Assembly (NCBI GenBank): GCA_948465965.1
Contig: CAOJYR010000006.1
Coordinates: forward strand, 1-62,255
Reading direction: 5' to 3'
Origin: an uncultured Mycoplasmatota bacterium
GTDB lineage: Bacteria > Bacillota_I > Bacilli_A > RF39 > UBA660
Length of the DNA: 62,255 nucleotides
A program made the position numbers and the translations under genes. The notes under the pieces are model-generated. The model had not been told where the DNA came from and searched no databases. It saw only the letters and a list, made by a program, of their open reading frames with translations. The stretch's first letter is position 1. Each line of letters starts with the position of its first letter. Shown piece by piece: positions 38,971 through 48,921 of this stretch.

Positions 38971-40893
38971 ATGGATAGTATAATAATGCTAAAGATAGGT
39001 GAAAAATTAATTATGGAAAATATTAATATATGGGATACTAATCAAAAAGATAATTTTGATTTTTATAATAACATAGATGAATTTATTAGGAAAATAGAAA
39101 ACAATGAAATAGATACCTCCAATTTGTTTTTAATAGGAGAAAATGATGATTATAAAATAGATTCACATCTGAAAGAAATTGCAAAAAAGAAGAATCTTCA
39201 AATAACTTTTGTCGATACAAAACACCCAATTTGTATTAGTAAAATTGTGGCTTTTTCAGATTCTTATATGAGTAAAGATATCTTTTTAAAGAATAAAGAA
39301 AGAATAGTTAAAGCGATTTGGGACCAACAGTTAAATGAAGAGTATTGTGCAACTATTCATGACTATTCTTTTGATGAATCATTTTTAGATAGATTATTAG
39401 AAAAAAGAATTGATATAGATTTTATAAATACAAACCTAACAGAAGAGCAAAAAGAGAAAATAAGAAAATCCTATATTACTGCACATCAACAAAAGGATGA
39501 CGTGAAAGAAAAAATATGTGATAAAAATTTAGTAGGAATTTATACAAAAGAAGATCTTGAAACAATTAATAACATTGTAATAGATAGTAACATTAGTGAT
39601 AAAGAAATTAAAAACTTAAAATTTTTATCAAAAGAGGCAATCATACATATATCTCCTTCTCCATCCAAAAAGGAAGATTGGAGTAACTTGACTAACAAAT
39701 TAGAAAAGATAAATAGTTTAGGAAGAAAATATACTATTCAAATAGACATAAAAAATAGAAAAAATTTCAAAAGTGAATTACCAAAACTTAAGAATCTATC
39801 AAATATAGAAATAAATTTAAGTTATGACTTACAGGAGTATTCTCTAGATGAATATATAAAAGAAGAAGAAACATTAGATAATTTAATTAAAGATATCAAA
39901 AATTCAAATCTTTCACCTTTTGAAAAATATATTGAAGTATATAATATTGTAAAAAAGTATAAAGAATATAAAGAAAATCCGGAAGATCTAAAACAGTCTA
40001 GATATTTAAAATATATACTTGATAATGACTATATGGTTTGTGTTGGATATGCGAAGCTTTTAGAAGTTTTATTAGAAAAAATTGGAATAGAATCCTGTGA
40101 GTATTCAACTACTATATTTGAAGCAGAAACAGAAAACAACATGAATAAGGATGTAGATTTAAAAGGTGGACACGCAAGATTATTAGTTAATATAAAAGAC
40201 GATAAATATAATATAGATGGTTATTATATAGCCGATCCAACCTGGGATAATAATCATTTAGAAGGGGATACTTATACACATATGTTATTAACTCATGATA
40301 GTATGCAAAAAGCTAAGGAAATGTTTTCCTTAACAGGAAAAGATTTAATTTTCGACGTTCACAACATGAATGAGTTTGTAGACAAAATAAATACATTTTT
40401 AAAGATGGAGATGAGAAGTAGTTGGAACTTTCATAAGGAAGACTTTAAGAAAAATTTAAATTATTCATATCATATAGTATATTTAGAAATTATGGATACT
40501 TTTGAGAGATTAGATAAAGAACAATATAAAAAATTAGAAAAGTATGAGAAGGTAAATATTTTAGATAGAGACGAAGCGTTTTATAAGAAATTTTTAACAG
40601 AAGTAGGAAAATATATTGTTTCTAAAACTAATAAAGAGATTAGCAATAAAGTAATAATTGATGCGATAACCAATGTAAAAACAAGAAACTGGCAAGATGA
40701 TAAAACGTTTGTAGATGCTTATAAAGATAGTTTAAAACGCCAACAAACCACTTTAAGAAATAGATCTTTTCCATATGAAATCACACCTGATAAAAAAGAT
40801 CAAGAGAATGTATTCGACAATAATTTAGAATTAAAAAATATGCTTAATGAAATAGAAAAACCAAAAGAAAACACGCAAATGAAAAAGTACTAG
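38971..40893 (+). CDS. transglutaminase-like (Cys-His-Asp) superfamily protein, 640 aa
   Basis: Core pattern VCVGYAKLL...GGHARLLV...YIADPTWD, preceded by a long unassigned N-terminal region. Confidence 0.55.
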   Translation: MDSIIMLKIGEKLIMENINIWDTNQKDNFDFYNNIDEFIRKIENNEIDTSNLFLIGENDDYKIDSHLKEIAKKKNLQITFVDTKHPICISKIVAFSDSYMSKDIFLKNKERIVKAIWDQQLNEEYCATIHDYSFDESFLDRLLEKRIDIDFINTNLTEEQKEKIRKSYITAHQQKDDVKEKICDKNLVGIYTKEDLETINNIVIDSNISDKEIKNLKFLSKEAIIHISPSPSKKEDWSNLTNKLEKINSLGRKYTIQIDIKNRKNFKSELPKLKNLSNIEINLSYDLQEYSLDEYIKEEETLDNLIKDIKNSNLSPFEKYIEVYNIVKKYKEYKENPEDLKQSRYLKYILDNDYMVCVGYAKLLEVLLEKIGIESCEYSTTIFEAETENNMNKDVDLKGGHARLLVNIKDDKYNIDGYYIADPTWDNNHLEGDTYTHMLLTHDSMQKAKEMFSLTGKDLIFDVHNMNEFVDKINTFLKMEMRSSWNFHKEDFKKNLNYSYHIVYLEIMDTFERLDKEQYKKLEKYEKVNILDRDEAFYKKFLTEVGKYIVSKTNKEISNKVIIDAITNVKTRNWQDDKTFVDAYKDSLKRQQTTLRNRSFPYEITPDKKDQENVFDNNLELKNMLNEIEKPKENTQMKKY

Positions 40894-40908
40894 GAACTTC
40901 TAGTACTT

Positions 40909-41820
40909 TTAATATATCATTGTATGTAGCATTCTTTCTGTATTTTTAAAATTCACTTTAGCAATCTCTTTTAATTTTTCTTTCCCATACTTTTCAACTA
41001 CTTCTTCACCAATGGTATCTACATCACGTCCAGCTCCCTTAGGAAGAGGAATATGAATAGAGTCACAGAGCTTATCGAATTCTTTTAAAAATAAATATCT
41101 ACTAATAATAGATCCACACGCCACAGCTAAATTCTTATCTTCTGCTTTCGTCATAAAAGTTATATTTCTTTGAATAGTGGGAACATCTTTTATATATTCA
41201 TAATATCTTGCTTCTCTTGCAAATTCATCTACGATAATATAATCAACACTAGGATGTTCTTCTTGCATTAACTGATATAAAACTTTATTATGCATAATAG
41301 CTTTTATCTTGTTCATATTAATATCTTTAGTATATTTTTCATTGTATTCTTTATTACTAAGAATCATACTGCGATACTTAATCTTTTTAGCAATCTCAGG
41401 AGCAATCTTTAATATTTTCTTGTCATCAATCTTTTTAGAATCTCCAACGCCGAGTTTCTCTAAAAATTCTATATCTTCTTTTCTAACATAACAGGCAGTG
41501 ACAACAATAGGACCAAAATAGTCTCCAGTTCCAACCTCATCCGATCCAACTGAATCACAATAATAGTACTTTTTATTAACTTCTTTTTGTTTGTCCTTTT
41601 TCTCTTTAGTATTTTCTAATTGAACTCCCCACATAGCAGCATCAACATCAGCACTCGTCCCTTGAAACATACACTTTCCAGACTCATATAGAGTAATGAC
41701 AGTATCTTCTTCCTGGGCTTGGAAAATAGCATAGGGTATTTTTTTATCCCTTATTTTATCTTTATAATATTCAATCATTTTTTCTTTAATTTCATCATTT
41801 ACTTTAATAACAACATTCAT
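40909..41820 (-). CDS. rnhC: ribonuclease HIII
   Basis: N-terminal DUF3378-like domain plus the RNase H fold (GSDEVGTGDYFGP). The true start is the ATG at 41820 (MNVVIKV), preceded by GAGGTG. The longer ORF-track N-terminus was rejected. Confidence 0.85.
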   Translation of the reverse strand: MNVVIKVNDEIKEKMIEYYKDKIRDKKIPYAIFQAQEEDTVITLYESGKCMFQGTSADVDAAMWGVQLENTKEKKDKQKEVNKKYYYCDSVGSDEVGTGDYFGPIVVTACYVRKEDIEFLEKLGVGDSKKIDDKKILKIAPEIAKKIKYRSMILSNKEYNEKYTKDINMNKIKAIMHNKVLYQLMQEEHPSVDYIIVDEFAREARYYEYIKDVPTIQRNITFMTKAEDKNLAVACGSIISRYLFLKEFDKLCDSIHIPLPKGAGRDVDTIGEEVVEKYGKEKLKEIAKVNFKNTERMLHTMIY

Positions 41821-41893
41821 TATTAACACCTCAAAAACATTATAGCATATTTTAAATAAATAGTTTATAATAAAAGAGTAAGGAGTTGTAAAC

Positions 41894-42610
41894 ATGAATA
41901 TAATTGATATTATAATAGTATTACTATTAATAATGGCAGGTCTGGTTGGATTTAAAAAAGGAGCAATTAAGGAAGCTGTTTCTCTAGTCGGAATAATTTT
42001 AGTATTTGTAATTGCTTTTTCATTAAAAGGATATTTAGGAAATATCTTATGTAAATACTTACCATTTTTTAATTTTACCGGAAATTTAAAAGGTGTAGTG
42101 ACATTAAATATTTTAATGTATCAACTAATTGCCTTCTTTATAATCTATAGTATTTTATTTAGCATTTATGCTATAGTATTAAAGTTGTCTGGTATAGCAC
42201 AAAAATTAGTAAATATGACTATCGTATTATTATTACCATCTAAAATTATTGGATTCATCATCGCTTTCATAGAAGGATATATTATAACATTTATTGTTTT
42301 ATTAACATTAATGATTCCCTTAAAAGGCACATCAATGATAACAGAAAGCGCATTAGCTAATAAAATAATATATAATAGTCCTATTATTTCCAAAAGCACC
42401 AGCAATATAACTAATTCAATAACCGAAATATATGACTTAGGTGATAATCTATCCAAAAACGAAATATCAACAAATGACGCAAACTTAAAAGCATTAGATA
42501 TTATGTTAAAATATAAGATTGTAACACCAAAAACAGTAGAGCAACTAATTGTATTAGATAAATTAAATAGTGTTAAGGGAACAGAAGCAGTTATAAATAA
42601 ATATAAGTAG
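41894..42610 (+). CDS. cvpA: CvpA family membrane protein
   Basis: The N-terminus MNIIDIIIVLLLIMAGLVGFKKG is typical of CvpA. 4-5 TM segments. Divergent from rnhC, as in Bacillus. Confidence 0.7.
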   Translation: MNIIDIIIVLLLIMAGLVGFKKGAIKEAVSLVGIILVFVIAFSLKGYLGNILCKYLPFFNFTGNLKGVVTLNILMYQLIAFFIIYSILFSIYAIVLKLSGIAQKLVNMTIVLLLPSKIIGFIIAFIEGYIITFIVLLTLMIPLKGTSMITESALANKIIYNSPIISKSTSNITNSITEIYDLGDNLSKNEISTNDANLKALDIMLKYKIVTPKTVEQLIVLDKLNSVKGTEAVINKYK

Positions 42611-42621
42611 GAGATGACCCT

Positions 42622-43902
42622 ATGTTTGATATGCACTATGACCTATTAACAACAGCCTATATTGCTTATTTAAAAAAAGATTTTACTGCCTTTAAAAAGT
42701 GGTGCAAGGCATATAATGATAGTAATATAAAGGGAGTGATTGCTAATCTCTATTTTGCAAATAAGGAAGAGATGATTCAAGAATTACATCCTAAGTATTA
42801 TCAAGAAAATGTTAGCATTATAGAAATGTTTAAAATAGCGAAACAACTAGTAGAAACTTTTCTTCCCAATACTGAGGTGATTTATAGTATTGAAGGATGT
42901 GACTATTTAGAGATTGAAGATTTAGAGAAATTATACCATTTAGGCCTTCGAAGTATTTTACCTGTTAGAAATGAGAAAAACAAATATGCATCGGGATCCA
43001 AAAGTGATATGGGTTTAACAGAAAAAGGAAAACGTCTATTAGATAAAGCTATAGCATTAAAAATAGCCATCGACTTATCCCATACAAATGAAAAATCTTT
43101 CTACGATATAGTAGATTATATAAAAGAAAATCAAAAAGAAGAGGATGTAATCATTTATGCTAGCCACTCAAACGCAAAAAGCCTTTGTAATAGAGATCGT
43201 AATTTAACAGATGAACAGCTAAAAAGACTAAAAGAAGTTAATGGAATAGTTGGTGTTTTTTCTAATAGAAACTTTATAGTTCCACAAGAAGAAAGATATA
43301 AGGTAACAGAACAAGAAAAGAAAGATTATTATTTAAAGCATATAAATCATATTGTAAACATTGTAGGAATAGACTACGTAGGAGTAGCAACTGACGATAT
43401 GAACTTTTGTAAAGAAGTAGATCCTGAATATGGCGAGCTTTCTATATACAATTATGATAATATTAATTTTGAATTAGTAAAAACACTCTCCAAAATATAT
43501 AATAAAAAAGAAATTAATAAGATAATGTATCAGAATATGAAAAATAATTATAATAAATTAGTGTATAATAAGAAAAAGACAATAAGAGGAGGAAAAAATA
43601 TGAAACATTTAGAAAATGAGAAAGATTTCAATGAATTAATCGCAAAAGGAACAGTATTAGTCGATTTTTATGCTGACTGGTGTGGACCTTGTCAAATGAT
43701 TGGACCTATATTAGAAGAAATTGCTAAAGAAAAAGAGGATATCACTGTAATTAAAGTAAATGTAGATAATTTCGAAAATATTGCCAGAGAATACAAAGTT
43801 TTATCTATTCCAACATTAATCGTCTTTAAAGATGGAAAATTAACAAAACAAGAAGTTGGTTATATTGAAAAAAATAGAATTTTAGAACTACTAAAAGATT
43901 AA
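42622..43902 (+). CDS. M19 membrane-dipeptidase-like domain reading through in frame into thioredoxin
   Basis: Residues 1-326 have the M19 layout (HYD at the N-terminus, SIEG, GLTEKGKRLL..IDLSHT, ASHSNA..RNLTDEQL, GVATDD). No stop codon precedes the thioredoxin module. Confidence 0.6.
   Translation: MFDMHYDLLTTAYIAYLKKDFTAFKKWCKAYNDSNIKGVIANLYFANKEEMIQELHPKYYQENVSIIEMFKIAKQLVETFLPNTEVIYSIEGCDYLEIEDLEKLYHLGLRSILPVRNEKNKYASGSKSDMGLTEKGKRLLDKAIALKIAIDLSHTNEKSFYDIVDYIKENQKEEDVIIYASHSNAKSLCNRDRNLTDEQLKRLKEVNGIVGVFSNRNFIVPQEERYKVTEQEKKDYYLKHINHIVNIVGIDYVGVATDDMNFCKEVDPEYGELSIYNYDNINFELVKTLSKIYNKKEINKIMYQNMKNNYNKLVYNKKKTIRGGKNMKHLENEKDFNELIAKGTVLVDFYADWCGPCQMIGPILEEIAKEKEDITVIKVNVDNFENIAREYKVLSIPTLIVFKDGKLTKQEVGYIEKNRILELLKD
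43600..43902 (+). CDS. trxA: thioredoxin (internal start within the 42622 ORF)
   Basis: 100 aa with the WCGPC active site. It has its own SD AGGAGG (43587-43592) 7 nt upstream of ATG 43600. Confidence 0.75.
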   Translation: MKHLENEKDFNELIAKGTVLVDFYADWCGPCQMIGPILEEIAKEKEDITVIKVNVDNFENIAREYKVLSIPTLIVFKDGKLTKQEVGYIEKNRILELLKD

Positions 43903-43996
43903 AATATAGTAGTTCTTTTTGTATAAAAGAGTAAAAAAACAATTGTATAACTTAATTAGTATGCTATACTTAATATATACGATAAGGAGGAATCAT

Positions 43997-46636
43997 ATGG
44001 GAAAATATGTATATCTTTTCAGTGAAGGTAACGCTGAAATGAGAAATCTTTTAGGGGGAAAGGGAGCTAATTTAGCAGAAATGACTAACTTAGGATTACC
44101 AATTCCACAAGGTTTTACTGTAACAACAGAAGCGTGCACACAGTATTATAATGATGGTAAAAAAATCTCTAAAGAAATTGAAAATCAAATCTTTGAGTCT
44201 TTAAAAAAGATTGAAGAAATTCAAGGAAAGAAATTTGGAGATGTTAATGATCCATTATTAGTATCTGTTAGAAGTGGAGCACGTGCTTCTATGCCAGGTA
44301 TGATGGATACTATTCTTAACTTAGGTCTTAATGATGAAGCAGTAGAAGGTTTTGCTAAAAAAACAGGTAATGAAAGATTTGCCTATGACTCTTATAGAAG
44401 ATTCATTCAAATGTATTCAGATGTTGTTATGGAAGTTCCAAAATCTTATTTTGAAAAAATAATTGATGAAGTAAAAGAAGCTAAAGGTATTAAATTTGAT
44501 ACAGAGCTTACTGTAGATGATTTAAAAGAGTTAGTAAAAAGATTTAAAGAAGTATATAAAAAAGAAATGAATGGAGAAGATTTCCCACAAGATGTAAATG
44601 AACAATTAATGGGAGCTGTTAAAGCAGTGTTTCGTTCATGGGACAATCCAAGAGCAATCGTATATCGTCGCATGAATGATATTCCAGGAGATTGGGGAAC
44701 AGCAGTAAATGTCCAATCTATGGTATTTGGAAATATGGGAGATACCTCAGGTACAGGTGTTGCCTTTACTCGTAATCCATCCACCGGAGAAAAAGGAATT
44801 TATGGAGAATATTTAATTAATGCGCAAGGTGAAGATGTTGTTGCTGGTGTTCGTACGCCACAACCAATTACTAAACTAGAACAAGACTTGCCTGAATGTT
44901 ATGAAGAATTTATGGAATTAGCTCAAAAACTTGAAGATCACTATCGTGATATGCAAGATATGGAATTTACTATTCAAGAAGGAAAACTTTATTTCCTACA
45001 AACAAGAAATGGTAAAAGAACAGCACAAGCTGCAATTCAAATTGCCTGTGATTTAGTAGATGAAGGAATGATTACAGAACAAGAAGCTGTACTTAGAATT
45101 GATGCTAAATCTCTAGATCAATTATTACATCCAACTTTTAACAAAGAAGCTTTAGCTAAAGGAGAAGTAATAGGAGAAGCACTTCCAGCAAGTCCAGGTG
45201 CCGCATCTGGTAAGATTGTATTTACTGCAGATGAAGCAAAGATTGAAGGTATTGGAGGCAAAGGAGAAAGAGTTATCTTAGTAAGACTTGAGACAACTCC
45301 AGAAGATATTGAAGGTATGATTGCTGCACAAGGTATCTTAACAGTTCGTGGAGGAATGACTTCGCACGCTGCAGTTGTTGCCCGCGGTATGGGAACTTGC
45401 TGTGTTGCTGGATGTGGAGATATTAAAATCAATGAAGAAGCCGAGACTTTTGAATTAAATGGTAAAACTTATAAAAAAGGAGATTTTATTTCTCTTGATG
45501 GTTCTACTGGTAAAATTTATGATGGTGACATTGAAACAGAAGAAGCTAGTGTTTCAGGAAATTTCGGACGTATTATGGCCTGGGCAGATGAGGCTAGAAC
45601 CTTAAAAGTTAGAACGAATGCAGATAATCCAAGAGATACAGCTAACGCTATAAAATTAGGAGCTGAAGGAATTGGACTTTGTCGTACAGAGCACATGTTC
45701 TTTGATGAAGATAGAATTCCAAAAATTAGAAAAATGATTTTATCTGAAACAGTCAAATCCCGTGAAGAAGCCTTAAATGAGCTTATCCCTTTCCAAAAAA
45801 ATGATTTTAAAGCAATGTACAAAGAACTTAAGGGACTTCCAATGACTGTTCGTTACTTAGATCCACCTCTTCATGAATTCTTACCAACTGCTGAAGAAGA
45901 TATTAAAGCTTTAGCTAAAGAGATGAATGTAACAGTAGAACACTTAAAACAAAAATGTGCTGACTTGCACGAATTTAATCCAATGATGGGTCATCGTGGT
46001 TGTAGACTTGCTGTAACTTATCCAGAAATTGCTAAAATGCAAACAAGAGCTTTAATGGAAGCCGCAATTGAAGTAAAAGCAGAGGATGGATATGATATAA
46101 TCCCAGAAATTATGATTCCACTTGTAGGAGAGAAAAAAGAATTAGACTTCGTTAAAAATGTAGTAGTTGAAACTGTAGAGAAGGTAAAAGAAGAAAAGAA
46201 CTCGGGTATTGAATACCATATTGGTACAATGATTGAAATTCCTCGTGCTGCACTACTTGCTAATGAGATAGCAGAATCTGCTGAATTCTTCTCATTTGGA
46301 ACAAACGACTTGACACAAATGACATTTGGATTTTCAAGAGATGATGCAGGAAAATTCTTAGATAGTTATTATCAAAATAAAATTTATGAATCAGATCCAT
46401 TTGCAAAACTTGATCAAAATGGTGTTGGACAACTTGTAGAAATGGCAGTGGAAAAAGGAAGAAAAACAAGGCCAGATATTAAGCTTGGTATTTGCGGAGA
46501 ACACGGAGGAGACCCATCAAGCGTTGAATTCTGTCATAAAATAGGACTTACTTATGTATCATGTTCCCCATTTAGAGTACCAATAGCTCGTCTTGCTGCT
46601 GCACAAGCTGCTATACGCGAAAATGTGAACAAATAG
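43997..46636 (+). CDS. ppdK: pyruvate, phosphate dikinase
   Basis: GGKGANLAEM, phospho-His region GGMTSHAAVVARGMG and C-terminal CGEHGGDP. ATG 43997 follows AAGGAGG. The TTG 43919 extension was rejected. Confidence 0.9.
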   Translation: MGKYVYLFSEGNAEMRNLLGGKGANLAEMTNLGLPIPQGFTVTTEACTQYYNDGKKISKEIENQIFESLKKIEEIQGKKFGDVNDPLLVSVRSGARASMPGMMDTILNLGLNDEAVEGFAKKTGNERFAYDSYRRFIQMYSDVVMEVPKSYFEKIIDEVKEAKGIKFDTELTVDDLKELVKRFKEVYKKEMNGEDFPQDVNEQLMGAVKAVFRSWDNPRAIVYRRMNDIPGDWGTAVNVQSMVFGNMGDTSGTGVAFTRNPSTGEKGIYGEYLINAQGEDVVAGVRTPQPITKLEQDLPECYEEFMELAQKLEDHYRDMQDMEFTIQEGKLYFLQTRNGKRTAQAAIQIACDLVDEGMITEQEAVLRIDAKSLDQLLHPTFNKEALAKGEVIGEALPASPGAASGKIVFTADEAKIEGIGGKGERVILVRLETTPEDIEGMIAAQGILTVRGGMTSHAAVVARGMGTCCVAGCGDIKINEEAETFELNGKTYKKGDFISLDGSTGKIYDGDIETEEASVSGNFGRIMAWADEARTLKVRTNADNPRDTANAIKLGAEGIGLCRTEHMFFDEDRIPKIRKMILSETVKSREEALNELIPFQKNDFKAMYKELKGLPMTVRYLDPPLHEFLPTAEEDIKALAKEMNVTVEHLKQKCADLHEFNPMMGHRGCRLAVTYPEIAKMQTRALMEAAIEVKAEDGYDIIPEIMIPLVGEKKELDFVKNVVVETVEKVKEEKNSGIEYHIGTMIEIPRAALLANEIAESAEFFSFGTNDLTQMTFGFSRDDAGKFLDSYYQNKIYESDPFAKLDQNGVGQLVEMAVEKGRKTRPDIKLGICGEHGGDPSSVEFCHKIGLTYVSCSPFRVPIARLAAAQAAIRENVNK

Positions 46637-46747
46637 ATCGGTCTCAAGCCATATAATTGCTGGAAATAATTATATTAATTTGTATTTAGAAAGTGATTTA
46701 AATTATAGGTTAAAAAAGTATTAAAATTAAATATTTATATCTAAATT

Positions 46748-46778
46748 AGACTAGGATCTCAAAATCTTGGTCTTTTTA
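46748..46778 (+). terminator. rho-independent terminator after ppdK
   Basis: AGACTAGGAT / ATCTTGGTCT stem (two G-U pairs), 6-nt loop, TTTT. Confidence 0.55.
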
Positions 46779-46779
46779 G

Positions 46780-46959
46780 TTGAAAGAAAGTATCCTAATT
46801 GTGGTGCTGGTTTATTATTTAACGATAATGATAAAAGTTTCAGAATATTATTTTGATTCTACTAATCAATCTTATACGTATGGATACCAAAGTTTTGATG
46901 ATGCTTATAATGAGATTATTAAACCATTAGAAAAAGATTATAAAATAAGTGAAAAATAA
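46780..46959 (+). pseudogene. possible remnant of a small zinc-ribbon protein gene
   Basis: One frame reads YPNCGAGLLFNDNDKSFRILF-stop with no start codon. A second frame continues ...SEYYFDSTNQSYTYGYQSFDDAYNEIIKPLEKDYKISEK. A terminator-like hairpin follows at 47004-47031. Confidence 0.25.
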
Positions 46960-47239
46960 AAAAATCATTCTTGATCAAAAACTATATCAAATGAATCGAG
47001 ATAAGAGTGTCAATTTTTGATATTCTTTTTTGTTATGATTTTATAAAATCAAGTAAACATTTTACTAACATAAACTTAGCTTTTAAATGTTTGAATTTAT
47101 GACATTCACATACAAAATGTTTAATTGGCAAAATAATGTAGTAAAGGTTATATATTTTAAAATATAGTGTATACGATACTGTCATAAAACATCTTATTTA
47201 TTTACAAAATATGTTATACTAAATAAAAGAGGTAATTAT

Positions 47240-48892
47240 ATGAATAAAGGTTTAAATTATAAAACAAAAAAAATAACTAAAATAGACTTTATTATACTTG
47301 GAATAATCATTTTATTTTATAGTATTTTATCATTTATTAACTTAGGGTCATTTAAAAACCCACAAACATTTTATACATTCAACAAAAATGAAGAAGTTAT
47401 ATTAGAGTTAAGAGAAGATAGTGATATAATTAAAATTAAATTTTTTAACGGAGAATTAAATGGTAACTACCAATTTTATGTATCTAACAATAATAAAGAT
47501 TATTATTATATAAATGAATTCACAGGAAATGGTTCCTTTAGTTGGAACGAAGAAAAAATTTTAAAAAAAGCAAAGTATTTGAAAATAAAATCTATAGATA
47601 AAGCCACCTTAGGAAGTATCACTTTATATGATAATAGTAAAAACAGGATAAAAGTAGATAAAGTATTAAATAATAAGAAGAATAAAAATGGTCTAATAGA
47701 TGAGCAAGATATAACCCCAAAAACAATCAGTTATATGAATTCAACTTATTTTGATGAAATTTATTTTGCAAGAACCGCCTATGAATATACAAAAGGGTTA
47801 GAAGCCTATGAATGGGTTCATCCACCACTTGGGAAATTAATCCAAGCAATCCCAATAAAACTTTTTCATACTATGGCACCATTTTATTATAGGTTAATGG
47901 GAAATCTAGCTGGAATTTTAATGATTATTGTAATGTATTTATTTTGTAAGAACATGTTTAAAAGCACTACATTAGCAACTCTAGGAGCCTTACTTATGAC
48001 TTTTGATACCTTCCACTTTGTACAAACTCGTATGGGAACAGTTGATAGTCTTTTAGTTTTATTTATTATGTTATCTTACTATTATATGTATAAATATATA
48101 GATAGCAACAATAAAAGAAAAACGAAACATTTATTCCTGTCTGGACTATTCTTTGGAGCAGCTACATCTGTTAAATGGACTGGACTATTTGCAGGACTAG
48201 GACTGGGAATCATATTCTTTGTATATATAGTAAAAAACAGGCTGATTTCGTTAAAGTTATTAGGAAAATGTGTAATTTATTACATAATAGTCCCATTAGC
48301 AATATATATAAATTGCTATCTGTTATTTCCTAATATCCAAGTAACCTATACCGATAGTATGAAAGATATAGTAACTCAAACTGAAAAAATGTATGATTAT
48401 CATTCTAATTTAGAAGCAACACATCCATTTTCTTCAAACTGGTATACTTGGCCTATATCCTATAAACCCGTTTGGTATTATCAAGGAGAATTAGCAGAAG
48501 GGTACCATGGTACAATAGTAGGTATTGGTAATATTGCCATATGGTGGATTGGAATTATAGCATTTTTATACATACTAATAAGATTAATAGTAAAAAAAGA
48601 TAAAGAAACATTTCTAGTTATAGTAGGTGGATTATCTTTATGGTTACCATATCTATTTATTGGAAGATGTATGTTCTTATATCACTATTTTCCAGTCTTA
48701 CCATTTATCATGCTAAGTATAGTTATCCTATTTAAAGACATAGTAAATAAACTAAATTCATTAGTTCCAATCTATATATATATATGTCTTTTTATAGTGG
48801 TATTTGTTATATACTATCCTGCTATTTCTGGAATACAAGTATCTGATTCTTATTTAGATAGTATAAAGCTACTAAGCAGTTGGATTTTTTAA
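47240..48892 (+). CDS. GT39 (PMT/ArnT-like) phospholipid-carrier-dependent glycosyltransferase
   Basis: Loop-1 motif YFDEIYFARTAYEY and EWVHPPLGK, with more than 10 TM segments. An extra soluble segment of about 130 aa sits between TM1 and the catalytic loop. Confidence 0.75.
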   Translation: MNKGLNYKTKKITKIDFIILGIIILFYSILSFINLGSFKNPQTFYTFNKNEEVILELREDSDIIKIKFFNGELNGNYQFYVSNNNKDYYYINEFTGNGSFSWNEEKILKKAKYLKIKSIDKATLGSITLYDNSKNRIKVDKVLNNKKNKNGLIDEQDITPKTISYMNSTYFDEIYFARTAYEYTKGLEAYEWVHPPLGKLIQAIPIKLFHTMAPFYYRLMGNLAGILMIIVMYLFCKNMFKSTTLATLGALLMTFDTFHFVQTRMGTVDSLLVLFIMLSYYYMYKYIDSNNKRKTKHLFLSGLFFGAATSVKWTGLFAGLGLGIIFFVYIVKNRLISLKLLGKCVIYYIIVPLAIYINCYLLFPNIQVTYTDSMKDIVTQTEKMYDYHSNLEATHPFSSNWYTWPISYKPVWYYQGELAEGYHGTIVGIGNIAIWWIGIIAFLYILIRLIVKKDKETFLVIVGGLSLWLPYLFIGRCMFLYHYFPVLPFIMLSIVILFKDIVNKLNSLVPIYIYICLFIVVFVIYYPAISGIQVSDSYLDSIKLLSSWIF

Positions 48893-48921
48893 ATAAATTA
48901 TACAATAAAGAGGTGAATAAA

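Noticed and set aside
41821-41895. 25-codon N-terminal extension of rnhC in the ORF track.
   Set aside because: ATG 41820 (MNVVIKV) is preceded by GAGGTG and matches the RNase HIII N-terminus. The extension would overlap the divergent cvpA start.
43919-43996. TTG-initiated 26-codon extension of ppdK.
   Set aside because: It covers the promoter and SD region. ATG 43997 follows AAGGAGG, and PPDK homologs begin at MGKYVY.
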